Origin: Balanoglossus misakiensis
Lineage: Eukaryota > Animalia > Hemichordata
Reading direction: 5' to 3'
Length of the DNA: 64,000 nucleotides
Assembly (NCBI GenBank): GCA_040954595.2
Contig: CM082590.2
Coordinates: forward strand, 2,542,001 to 2,606,000
Of this stretch, positions 24,663 through 35,900 are shown piece by piece (positions within the stretch are counted from its first letter, which is position 1; the number at the start of each line of letters is the position of its first letter). The notes beneath the pieces were generated by a model, which saw only the letters and a list, made by a program, of their open reading frames with translations, had not been told where the DNA came from and ran no database searches. Made by a program: the position numbers and the translations under genes.

Positions 24663-25188
24663 CAGTGAAACCTGTCAATACAGACATCTCTCTAATCAGG
24701 ACAGATTGTTCAAGACAAAAGTAATGGCTTGAATAGAATATTACATGCACATTTCTATTAAGGACACCTCTCTTTTAAAGGGACAAAGTCTCTCTCTCGC
24801 TGCCCTTTTTTCCATTAATAATGTTTGATACAAGACACTGTTTATGTTAATGTACATGTGTATATGTAGTGAATGAACATTCAACCATACACAACTTCCA
24901 TCCCGCGTGTATGATATGGGAGTAAAAACTCACCCAAAACGAATAAATGGTAGAGACTGATTATTCATTTTGGCGATTTTTTTCACTCTCATGTCCACAA
25001 GCAGGATGGACTTTGTGTGTGGTTGAATATTGATTCACCATATATCCACATGTAGAAAAAACATAAATGGTGTCTTGTATCAAATATAATTAATGGAATA
25101 AGGGGCAGCGAGCGAGAGAGAGAGCCTGTATCCCTTAAAGGACATGTTGTGTGATCCCAGAGGTGCCCTTACTTGGCAGGTTTCAATG
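24663..25188. mobile_element. pogo-type MITE containing a ~330-bp imperfect palindrome
   Basis: ta|CAGTGAAACCTG...CAGGTTTCAATG|ta. Internal arms ~24790-24948 and ~24960-25122 are reverse-complementary (ctctctcgctgcccc / ggggcagcgagcgagagag, gatacaagacac / gtgtcttgtatc). Confidence 0.65.
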
Positions 25189-25336
25189 TACTTCGCACAT
25201 CAGTTGTACTCCACTGTCGGTATCGAATCATTTCCTGGTTGACATGGTGAGCTTTACATAAACAGATAAACCACCTCAAAAAGTGGGGCCCATAATTAGA
25301 GAATGGTCTTTAACCTCACAATTTTACCATAATTAC

Positions 25337-25435
25337 CTTGAAAATCGCAAAGTCTTCATATTGTCAAATAACTGCAATGCAGTACTCAGACCTTCAGAAA
25401 TCATACCGTATTTCTCACCTGCTCCTGACAAAAAT
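25337..25435 (-). pseudogene. MED25: MED25 VWA-domain exon (99 nt, phase 2-2)
   Basis: tttcag|A TTT TTG...TCA AG|gtaatt translates to [32 protein letters not shown]. This is colinear with vertebrate MED25 [32 protein letters not shown] (recalled from memory). Confidence 0.85.
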
Positions 25436-25599
25436 CTGAAATACAACACAGTACAATTATTTAACAAAAGGTGTATGTAAACAATGTCTACTCTGATTGT
25501 AGACAGATTTGATTAAACATTTTATGAAACATTTAAAGGTAGGAACCTCTAATAAAAGCCAGTGAGTCAAAGGACAAAACTGAGACTTTGTCCCTTTAA

Positions 25600-25684
25600 C
25601 CCTTTCACCCCCAGTTCCTTCTATACAGGTCGAACCTTTTCATAGATAACAATGGGTTTAGACTGAACCTTGGTTGTGAAAGGG
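25600..25684. mobile_element. 85-bp piggyBac-like mini-element
   Basis: ttaa|CCCTTTCAC...GTGAAAGGG|ttaa; a partial second copy lies at ~4550-4604 (ggtttagactgaaccatagtggtgaaagggttaa). Confidence 0.65.
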
Positions 25685-26675
25685 TTAATGGGCTTCAATA
25701 ATGAGTTTTCTTTAAAATAAGAGGGTGTTACTTAAGGGTTATTACACTAAGTTTGGTCGATAACGCGTCATATTTGAGTGATAGTATGCCAAACTTGCAT
25801 GGTATGTACAGCGTGATTACTGCACACAAACATCCCTCTGCAATACACAAACACCATCCAACTTAAAATCAAATGCCTAACAAGTAGCTATTTGATATTT
25901 TGTGAATCGGTTTTATTCTATTCATATTATATTATTTTATATGTGATGTTGATTAACTTGCATTTTTGTCAGAATAGAGTGGTATACATACAAGGTCTTT
26001 CTAATGTCAGGTGTCTATAAAAAGATAAGCCTGTTGCATCATTGTATAAGTGGTATAAGTCCATGGTGCCAGTAAGAATTGGGGTAGGTCTTGTAATTGG
26101 AACAGTGCATGGGGGGGGGGGGGGTGTTATGTGCACAGTATATGTTGTTGCAGACATTTGAATGAAATATGAAATAGCAAGAAATAGTGGGTGCATTTGT
26201 GCGACTCAATTTGTTACTATTATTTTGCAGAAGCTGAGAAAACACGCCAGTGCTGTGTACACACCTGTGCATCAAAAGGCTTCTCTGAGGATAGTCATTA
26301 CACGCCCAAACGAGGGTAAATCATTCCCAGGGCAAACTATGTAAGTGTCAGTTCTTCATGTAAGCACGCCATCGCTCACACTTCTGCATCCCCCCAGTCC
26401 ATGTCAGTATATACATGCATAATACACCCCTTCTCTTTAGTACCTCATGTTATCCCATGCTTGCATTTTAATACACAGTTTAATTAGGTAAATTTGTTGC
26501 TTTTAACAGGGAAACATTTTTTTTTCTCAATGAATTTGTTGACATAGGTCATGTTTATTCTGAATGCAATCATTTAGCCTTCTCTTTGTAAGTAAGTGGG
26601 GATTGAATTTTGTGAGTACTAAATGACTTTCACACCAATGTAATAATTATTGGTACTCTTTTTAATTTCAATCAG

Positions 26676-26911
26676 GTGATTCTAGACGAGGGCGAGCCTC
26701 TGCCACTGCAATATGAACGGCTTTCCAACTCCAACGTAGCGATTCCATCTGCCTGGTTGAGCATAACTTTAGGTAGATGCAAGAACAAGCCGCCATCTTA
26801 CGTCATAAAAAAGCTGATGGATGGGTTGTTTAAAACCCGAACAACTGAGCGGGAAGAATACCAGCGCATTTATTGGAACACCCTACCAGCATGTTGTAAC
26901 GGCACTGACTT
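26676..26911 (+). pseudogene. BEN-domain-like exon with a one-base frameshift
   Basis: atcag|GTG...CTT|gtaagt encodes VAIPSAWLSITLGRCKNKPPSYVIKKLMDGLF, then shifted-frame PEQLSGKNTSAFIG. This resembles the BEN pattern (LxxxLFxxEEL). Confidence 0.45.
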
Positions 26912-27415
26912 GTAAGTAAAAGGTTTCTTTAAAATGTCTAAATGATTGTATTCTATGATAATGACAATTTTTGCATGTCCCTGGAGTGAAATTCTTTGAT
27001 TGGCTATCCCATATTCACTGGATTCAAAATAAATATCATTATAAAGGTGCATCTCATCCTTATACATTTCATTTTATTTGTTCTGACCATCTACTACAAA
27101 TACACTCGATGAAATTTATCAGTTAGGTCAACAGTTTTTGTACCTGAATGATATTAAGTTTTTTTCCTGAATTTTAGTTGAATTGTGTGACTTCCGGTTG
27201 GTGGAAATTACTCGTATTGGGCAACTGCATATGTAACAATTATGCTTGGCAATCTTCTCCTTATTACTGCATGGTGTAACTGATATGTGTTTATTCTTCT
27301 CTTTTTCAGTATTTGGTGTCAACAAACTGAAGATGTCAACAAAAGAGCTGATCCATGCATTCAATGCGAAATGCGCCACATGCAAACGGGCTGTCTTAAA
27401 TAAAAACAGAGTGTA

Positions 27416-27710
27416 GTAGAGTAGGAAGTTTGTAGTGTAGTTTTTTATATTGGAAAAAAATTGTAGAGTAGCAAGTTTGTAGTGTAGTTTTTTTTATATT
27501 GAAAAAAAATTAGAGTAGCAAGTTGTTTGTAGTGTAGTTTTTTATATTGGAAAAAAATTGTAGAGTAGCAAGTTTGTAGTGTAGTTTTTTTTATATTGAA
27601 AAAAAATTAGAGTAGCAAGTTGTTTGTAGTGTAGTTTTTTATATTGGAAAAACATTTTTTGCAGAGGAGCAAGTTGTGGTGTTTATATTTGTAGTGTAGC
27701 TTTTTTATTT
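27416..27710 (+). repeat. Minisatellite, ~47-50 bp unit, about 5-6 copies
   Basis: Repeated gagtagcaagtttgtagtgtagtttttt(n)atattg(g)aaaaaaatt. Confidence 0.85.
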
Positions 27711-28473
27711 TTTGAAAACCAATTTTTGTAGTGTGTAGTTTTACCATGTTGATTTTTTAGATTTCTTAACCCTGTGATTAAAATAGATTTTTTTAAAAAT
27801 AAAAACTGTTAATTATAGTTTGCTTGTCTCTGAGGTTTTATGGGGGGTGGGGGTGGGTGGTTCAATGGTACCCCTAGTTAATTGTCTTGCTGCAAACTCA
27901 CTGCAATGTTCAAATTTTCAAGGTGGCAATCTTGATTGCTGTGAACTCACTGCAGTATTCAAATTGCTGTGAACTCACTGCAGTATTCAAAATCTTGTTG
28001 CTGGAAGTTTGCAACAAATTTGCAAGTCCCCTAATTTGCATGGTAAAATCAGGACTGTTTGCCACTTTGCAGCAGCAGTTTGCAGTGAGTTCGCAGAATC
28101 CTGCTGCAGATTTGCGGGAGGAGTTTGCAGCAGGCCCTTTTTTCGTAAGGGATGTCCATATTATGGACATCACGAGGATGCGTCACGTTATCGACCAAAC
28201 TTAGTGTAATAACCCCTTTATCATACATGAACAGTAGCCCATAGCCAAGTGTGACAGGGCGATGCGATCAGGTGATCAACGTATAGGCCGTAGTATCATT
28301 CTAAGAGGGTTGGCAGCTTTCATTATGATGGGCACATGTGATTCAGGTCCCTCCCATCTACCTTAGCTGAGCTTGGGATCGCTTCGCCAAAGTTTATATG
28401 ACAAGGGTGTTAGCCCATTCCTATCACAATAGGCTAGCTATATCGTTTATATGCCTTAATGAATTAATTAATA

Positions 28474-28535
28474 TGACTGACTGACGGACTGACTGACTGA
28501 CTAACTGACTGACTCACTGAATGAATGAATGAAAG

Positions 28536-28565
<30 letters not shown>
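28474..28565 (+). repeat. Compound microsatellite (TGAC)n(TGAA)n(TCAA)n, possibly the tail of a SINE-like repeat at ~28240-28470
   Basis: Directly visible tetranucleotide runs. Confidence 0.75.
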
Positions 28566-28566
<1 letters not shown>

Positions 28567-29782
28567 TACCCAGACATGGCATGGAGGGATTCACCTCCTG
28601 TTTAGATGTTCGCACCCCCTAGCAAATTGTCACAGGTGGGGTGGTCAGTGGCCCTTAAAATGATGTCACTCACATGATAGAGATATTAATTACATAACTC
28701 CTTTCCAGAGTGTGCTCTATTTATAGTCTGCACTATATACAGGTAAATGTGTAATGATATTTCAATAACTTTTGGAATCACAGGTCAGTAGAAAGGTTGA
28801 TTGAACAAAAGGTTTTGAAATTCGTTCACCTTGTATTGGAACAGCTCTTACAGACATCACAACATCATTCAACGCTAAATCTTCGTAACTTTTACATACT
28901 GTTAATATAAATATAATTATTTTTCTTTAAATTCATCCAAATATTACAATGTTTCTAGCAATTTCATAGCTGTATTATAGTTATTAAGATAATACTGTGT
29001 GTATGATATATACTTTGTGGATAGGATACAGATCTTTGCTTATTACCAAGAATATAACACCATGTGTTTGGATTTTAAATGCAGTTCGGAGCTGACTGTG
29101 TTGCATTTTGACTGCAAAATTAAAATATTTAGTTACATTTCCTTGCATTTAGTGTTGAAAATGTCACTTTCAGCTTTAAAATGAGCACTGATATCTATGG
29201 AACTAGAAGAATTGTGCTTTCTATTCTACAACATACAACATTTACATTTAATCAAACAACAGGATGATATTTGACAGTCAATCAATAAATATAACATACG
29301 TGTGAGTTGCATGTACAAAACTAGACACATGTATGTATGTGATATTTAAAGGGACATTAACTGTTACACATGCTCTACACAGAACTCCACTTGTCAGCAT
29401 AACCTGTATGTGTGTAACGGCTATTGAAATGAATTCTAGTCCAGACTTGAATTCAAATTCACAATAACAATACTGAACAGACACACCTATATTTCATCAT
29501 GATTCAGGGATCTGAAGAAGACACTGCAGTAAATACTTAAAACAAAAATACTGAAAAACAAAGTGAAAAGTTACAGCTAATGAAGCTTTAACTATGTTCA
29601 GAAACAAGTAGAACAGGCAATCAAAACACATTATAAACATTGAGAAAAACACCCAAAGTTACATGTACTACCGGTATCTATGAGGGCCCGTTCTGGTCAA
29701 AATTGTAGTTTATTAATAAAACATGTTAGAATTAATTTTACCAGTATATAGAATTATTTTTTATGTGCTTTAATTATTTTTT

Positions 29783-31285
29783 TGTAGTCATGCAGAATTA
29801 ATTTTATGTGTTCTAAATAATTATTTTAGCTTATCTTTGTTAGAAATAATTCTGCCAACATCTCGAATTATTTTTATGTGTAGACTCGAATTAATTTCAC
29901 GTGTTGTGTCGAATTAATTTCACGTTGTCAAATAATATTGCCCTTACAATCCTTTGCGCGTAAATCAAGATGGCGGCGGCTGAGCATGTCTTTCTCGCCG
30001 CATAAAGTTAAAAAAGGGGCCGTTGTACAAGTTGTGAAACGTTTTGGGGCGATTTGCTGTCCAATATAAATGCAGTGTGCTCGAAAACGGCGATCGGTCC
30101 ACGAGTTTTGGTCTACAGACAGAATTTTCTAGTCAAACCACTCAAAACCACTACCAGTTGGTGTAATCGCCAGCCTTGCTATGGTATAGCCCAGCTCTGC
30201 GTACAGTGTTCTTGGCGTGGAGGCCGTGTCATGGCGGGAACACACAGACCTGTACACAGAGCTAGCTGTTGCCCCGCGTTGCCAATTCGCCTTGATTGAA
30301 TAAATTTTGACATCTGAACATACAAAAATTGTGTTAATTTGTTATTTTCAGAACTAAGAAATAGCTGTAGGGCCCAGATCCCAGGAAACGGCGAATAAAA
30401 TATTCCTTACAATTTCCTTGTAAACTCAAGTTTTGTTTAAATAAATTTAAATTAAAAAGACAAAGTCTCTCTCTACATAACCATATTTAATGATAGCTTG
30501 CATTCTAGATTTACAACTGATAAGATAGGGTGTGGGGCATAGATAGTAAAGGGGCAGACCCCGAAGTCTCCACCTCCTCTGTAGGCTGCATTCACAAACA
30601 CCATTGGAGGGTGGGGGGGGGGGGGGGGTGGGCGAGAGAATTAAAAAATTTTACCGCTAATTTTCACATGCCCCCCCCCCTCCCCCCGACACAACCCGAA
30701 ATATTTACAAATCCCCCTTCCGAACTGCCAAAATTTTAAACACCCTCCCCCTCCATTTTCTTTCACAGAGCAAAACACATCACCTATCTATCTTGTAAAA
30801 GATGATATTAATTCGACACTACACCTGTAATTAATTCAAGTCTACACGTAAAAAGAATTAGATATGTTGGCAAAATTATTTCTAACAAAGATAAGCTAAA
30901 ATAATTATTTAGAACACATAAAATTAATTCTGCATGACTACAAAAAATAATTAAAAACATTGAATTCCCCCCAAAACGTCTCACAACTTGTACAACGGCC
31001 CCTTTTTCGAACTTTATGCGGCGAGAAAGACATGCTCAGCCGCCGCCATCTTGATTTAAGCGCAAAGGATTGTGGGGGCAATATTAATTTGACACAATGT
31101 AAAATTAATTCGACACAACACGTGAAATTAATTCGACAAAACACGTGATATTAATTCGACACTACACCTGAAATTAATTCGAGTCTACACGTAAAAATAA
31201 TTCGAGATGTTGGCAAAATTATTTCCGACAAAGATAAGCTAAAATAATTATTTAGAACACATAAAATTAATTCTGCATGACTACA
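29783..31285. mobile_element. Foldback-like element with ~270-320 bp modular inverted arms
   Basis: 29783-30055 is the reverse complement of ~30962-31285 (shared aagatggcggcggctgagcatgtctttctcgccgcataaag and aattaattcgac subrepeats). An extra partial arm lies at ~30803-30960. Confidence 0.75.
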
Positions 31286-31779
31286 TGTCGGTCTCTGGCC
31301 CATGGACTATAACCAAACAATGATAGTCCCAAATAAAGCCAAGCCATCAACTCCAATTTTGGTTTATTGGTGATGTTTTCTGCAATCATGCTGGATGCAA
31401 TGCGGATATAATAAAACTACTCTGTGAAAAATATGTTTGTTTACAAATTTGTTCACCTTTGTGGGTATATTGAACAGAAAGGGTTACTCCCCTTAACCTC
31501 TCAACAAACAAACAATCTTGACAATATTTGTAAACATACATATTTTTGTCACACATTTTTATATTAAACAAACACACACACACACTGCAAAGCAGGAGGA
31601 AGAGCTCCCTGTGGTCTTCCCACAAACGTTGGAATCACACTGCAGTGGTCGCCTGATTCAACCAGTAAAGGTCACATGAGGTCATCAATTGTTGTCGGTT
31701 TTCTGGTTGAATATTCTCTGAAAGCACGCCTTAACATTGATATTTTGCAATTGGTGTCAATAGTCATGAACTTTAAATA

Positions 31780-32400
31780 ATGGAGCATCACTCGGCCCCA
31801 GTTACTAAGTTGCGATAGGGCGAAATCAACAGCGGAAACTGATTGTCGATCGTCCATGTCTCAAGCTTACCTTGTTTACGGACTGAATCAGGGGACTACA
31901 GTAACGTTATCGCGATGAATGTGATTCTACCCACACATTAAGTCGTGAAAACTATCAGTGATATCTTAAAACACACTAAATACTGTAATGTTTCAATACT
32001 CACTCCGCCAAATCTGTATATAGGAATAATGATGGTGGACAGTGTGGGGGGCCTGAACCCATGACTTGCAGAAAACAGCTGGTACTTGCTCGCTCCTTGG
32101 CTTTGCATGTTTTCCGCTATTCTTTCAGAGAAATATGACACCGTCCTGGATGTGTAACAAACACTGGCCAACTAACGTCCATAGAAAAGGCGACATTGGA
32201 GTTGACGACAGAAAAAACTGGCAGATTCTCTAGCCTGCGTGTCACACATGTGTTTACAACGAAGACACTGAACTGGTCAAAGGAAACGGGTCGAAGGTCA
32301 GCAACAGCGCCCTCTTGGGGTATATTCTGCGGAACTTTTGAAAGTTCCCGATCTCGTATCCTAAGGACGCCAGCAGAATTTCCTGCGGCATTTTAATTCT
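31780..32400 (-). promoter_or_regulatory. Possible promoter / first-exon region of the minus-strand gene
   Basis: Locally CpG-richer segment with a strong minus-strand donor AAG|gtaagc at 31871/31870. No transcript evidence. Confidence 0.25.
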
Positions 32401-32908
32401 CATTCAAATATGAAAGAAACAAAACTAACCCGGTGTGAATTAGTTGGTTTAAAGGGGAGTTGGGGCAGGGTCTTCTTTCGGTAGTTTTGACCCCCAATAA
32501 GGCCTATTTACGGAGAGGATCTCTTATTCTTCAAATTTATTAATGGAAGTCGCGTATATGGGTAAGGGACCATTCAGTTTTTACGGCCGGGTGGGGCGGC
32601 AAAATCCAGGGGGGGGGGGGGTCACTTAAATTTTGAAGTCCGAAAGTGGGGGTAATCTTTTTTTTAAAAACGTTTAGGGGGTCACATACTTTTGCCGCAA
32701 AACTTTTGCTTTGAGTCCACAAAATTGCAGTTTCGCGCCCTTAATTTTACAAGATTTAATAATATGGGAGGGGGACACCCCATCCCACACCCACCCCTCC
32801 ATTCTTCGCTACATTTCATTTATTGCCTGGTTTGTCTAGTGTACAAGGGCAGACTACTTGCCACACCACCACACCGATGCTTACTTTGAGTGGAGTGGCA
32901 AAAGTAAA

Positions 32909-35900
32909 ATGCGCAGAACACATAGATAGGCCTATGCGCATAAGAACGTTTTCCACTAGACTCTGTGGATCGACGGATAGTTCCAAAATGCCCATGGTTG
33001 CTTCCAAACAGCCTCGTTTATTTACCGAATTCTGTTGTGAGGCACATAACACATAGATAGGCCTATGTGCATAAGAAAGTTTTCCACTAGACTCTGTAGA
33101 TCGAGAGATAGTTCTAAAATATCCATGGTTGCCTCAAAACACAGCCTCGTTTGTTTACAAAAATCTGTTGTGATGCGCAGAACACATAGATAGGCCTATG
33201 CGCATAAGAACGTTTTCCACTAGACCTATTAGATCGACGGATAGTTCTAAAATTTCCATGGTTGTTTCCAAACAGCCTCGTTTATTTACCGATTTCTGTT
33301 GTGAGGCGCTGAACACATAGATAGGCCTATGGGCATAAGAAAGTTTTCCACTAGACGCTGAAGATCGACGGATAGTTCTAAAATTTCCATGGTTGCTTCC
33401 AAACAGCCTCGTTTATTTACCGATTTCTGTTGTGAGGCGCAGAACACATGATAGGCCCATGCTCATAAGAAATTTTTCCACTAGACTGTGTAGATCGAGA
33501 GATAGTTCAAAAATTTCCGTGGTTGCTTCCAAACAGCCTCGTTTGTTTACAAAATTAGTTTGTGATGCGCAGAACACATAGATAGGCCTATGCGCAAAAG
33601 AACGTTTTCCACTAGACTCTGTAGATCGATGGATAGTTCTAAAATTTACATGGGTGCTTCTAAACAGCCTCGTTTATTTACCGATTTCTGTTGTGAGGCG
33701 CTGAACACATGATAGGCCTATACGCATAAGAAAGTTTTCCACTATACTCTGTAGATCGACGGATAGTTGTAAAATTTCAATGGTTGCTTCCAAACAGCCT
33801 CGTTTATTTACCGAATTCTGTTGTGATGCGCAGAACACATGATAGGACTATGCGCATAAGAAATTTTTCCACTAGACGCTGAAGATCGACGGATAGTTCT
33901 AAAATTTCCATGGTTGCTTCCAAACAGCCTCGTTTATTTACCGATTTCTGTTGTGAGGCGCAGAACACATGATAGGCCCATGCTCATAAGAAATTTTTCC
34001 ACTAGACTGTGTAGATCGAGAGATAGTTCAAAAATTTCCGTGGTTGCTTCCAAACAGCCTCGTTTGTTTACAAAATTAGTTTGTGATGCGCAGAACACAT
34101 AGATAGGCCTATGCGCAAAAGAACGTTTTCCACTAGACTCTGTAGATCGATGGATAGTTCTAAAATGTCCATGGTTGATTTCAAACAGCCTTGTTTATTT
34201 ACTGAATTCTGCTGTGATGCGCAGAACACATAGATAGGCCTATGTGCATAAGAAAGTTTTCCACTAGACTCTGTAGATCGACGGATAGTTCTAAAATTTC
34301 CATGGTTGCATCCAAACAGCCTCGTTTATTTACCGATTTCTGTTGTGAGGCGCAGAACACGTGATAGGCCTATGCGCATAAGAAAGTTTTTTACTAGACT
34401 CTGCAGATCGACGGATAGTTCTAAAATTTCCATGGTTGCTTCCAAACAGCCTCGTTTATTTACCGATTTCTGTTGTGAGGCGCAGAACACATGATAGGCC
34501 CATGCTCATAAGAAATTTTTCCACTAGACTGTGTAGATCGAGAGATAGTTCAAAAATTTCCGTGGTTGCTTCCAAACAGCCTCGTTTGTTTACAAAATTA
34601 GTTTGTGATGCGCAGAACACATAGATAGGCCTATGCGCAAAAGAACGTTTTCCACTAGACTCTGTAGATCGATGGATAGTTCTAAAATGTCCATGGTTGA
34701 TTTCAAACAGCCTTGTTTATTTACCGAATTCTGCTGTGATGCGCAGAACACATAGATAGGCCTATGTGCATAAGAAAGTTTTCCACTAGACTCTGTAGAT
34801 CGACGGATAGTTCTAAAATTTCCATGGTTGCATCCAAACAGCCTCGTTTATTTACCGATTTCTGTTGTGAGGCGCAGAACACGTGATAGGCCTATACGCA
34901 TAAGAAAGTTTTTTACTAGACTCTGCAGATCGACGGATAGTTGTAAAATTTCAATGATTGCTTCCAAACAGCCTCGTTTATTTACCGAATTCTGTTGTGA
35001 TGCGCAGAACACATGATAGGACTATGCGCATAAGAAATGTTTCCACTAGACTCTGTAGATCGACGGGTAGTTCTAAAATTTCCATAGTTGCTTCCAAACA
35101 GCCTCGTTTATTTACCGAATTCTGTTGTTAGGCGCAGAACACGTGATAGGCCTATGCGCATAAGAAATTTTTCCACTAGACTCTGTAGATCGACGGATAG
35201 TTCTAAAATGTCCATGGTTGCTTCCAAACAGCCTCGTTTATTTAATGAATTCTGTTGTGATGCGCAGAACACATGATAGGCCTATGCGCATAAAAAATTT
35301 TCCACTAGACTCTGTAGATCGACGGATAGTTCTAAAATATCCATACTTGCTGCCAAACAGCCTCGTTTATTTACCGAATTATGTTGTGAGGCGCAGAACA
35401 CGTGATAGGCCTATGCGCATCAGAAAGTTTTCCACTAGACTCTGTAGATCGAGAGATAGTTCTAAAATTTCCAATGTTGCCTCAAAACACAGCCTCGTTT
35501 GTTTACAAAATTCTGTTGTGATGCGCAGAACACATAGATAGGCCTATGCACATAAGAACGTTTTCCACTAGACTCTGTAGATCGACGGATAGTTCTAAAA
35601 TTTCCATGGTTGCTTCCAAACACAGTCTCGTTTGTTTACAAAAGTCTGCAGTGATGCGCAGAACACATGATAGGCCTATGCGCATAAGAAACTTTTTCAC
35701 TGTAGATCGACGGATAGTTCTAAAATTTCCATAGACTCTGTAGATCGAGAGATAGTTCTAAAATTTCCATGGTTGCTTCCAAACACAGCCTCGTTTGTTT
35801 ACAAAATTCTTTTGTGATGCGCAGAACACATAGCTAGGCCTATGCGCATAAGAAAGTTTTCCACTAGACTCCGTAGATCGACGGATAGTTGTAAAATTCC

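Larger units (their letters stand above)
1516..25435 (-). pseudogene. MED25: Decayed multi-exon MED25-like gene (VWA exons, S/P/Q-rich exons, four cbEGF exons, Q-rich LxxLL tail)
   Basis: At least ten minus-strand exons, nearly all with clear AG/GT boundaries. Exon 25337-25435 encodes [11 protein letters not shown], the MED25 VWA motif as I recall it. In-frame stops at 23093-23095 (TAA), in exon 20225-20341 (TGA) and at 1600-1602 (TAA), plus frameshifts. Confidence 0.72.
25735..28217. mobile_element. Non-autonomous TIR element (PIF/Harbinger-like) with composite interior
   Basis: Perfect 30-bp inverted repeat gggttattacactaagtttggtcgataacg at 25736-25765 and 28186-28215. Probable TTA TSD at 25732-25734 and 28218-28220. 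Confidence 0.7.

Noticed and set aside
31672-31857. ORF MDDRQSVSAVDFALSQLSNWG as the MED25 N-terminus
   Set aside because: Similarity is too weak, and it lies immediately downstream of a likely splice donor, so it is probably intronic.
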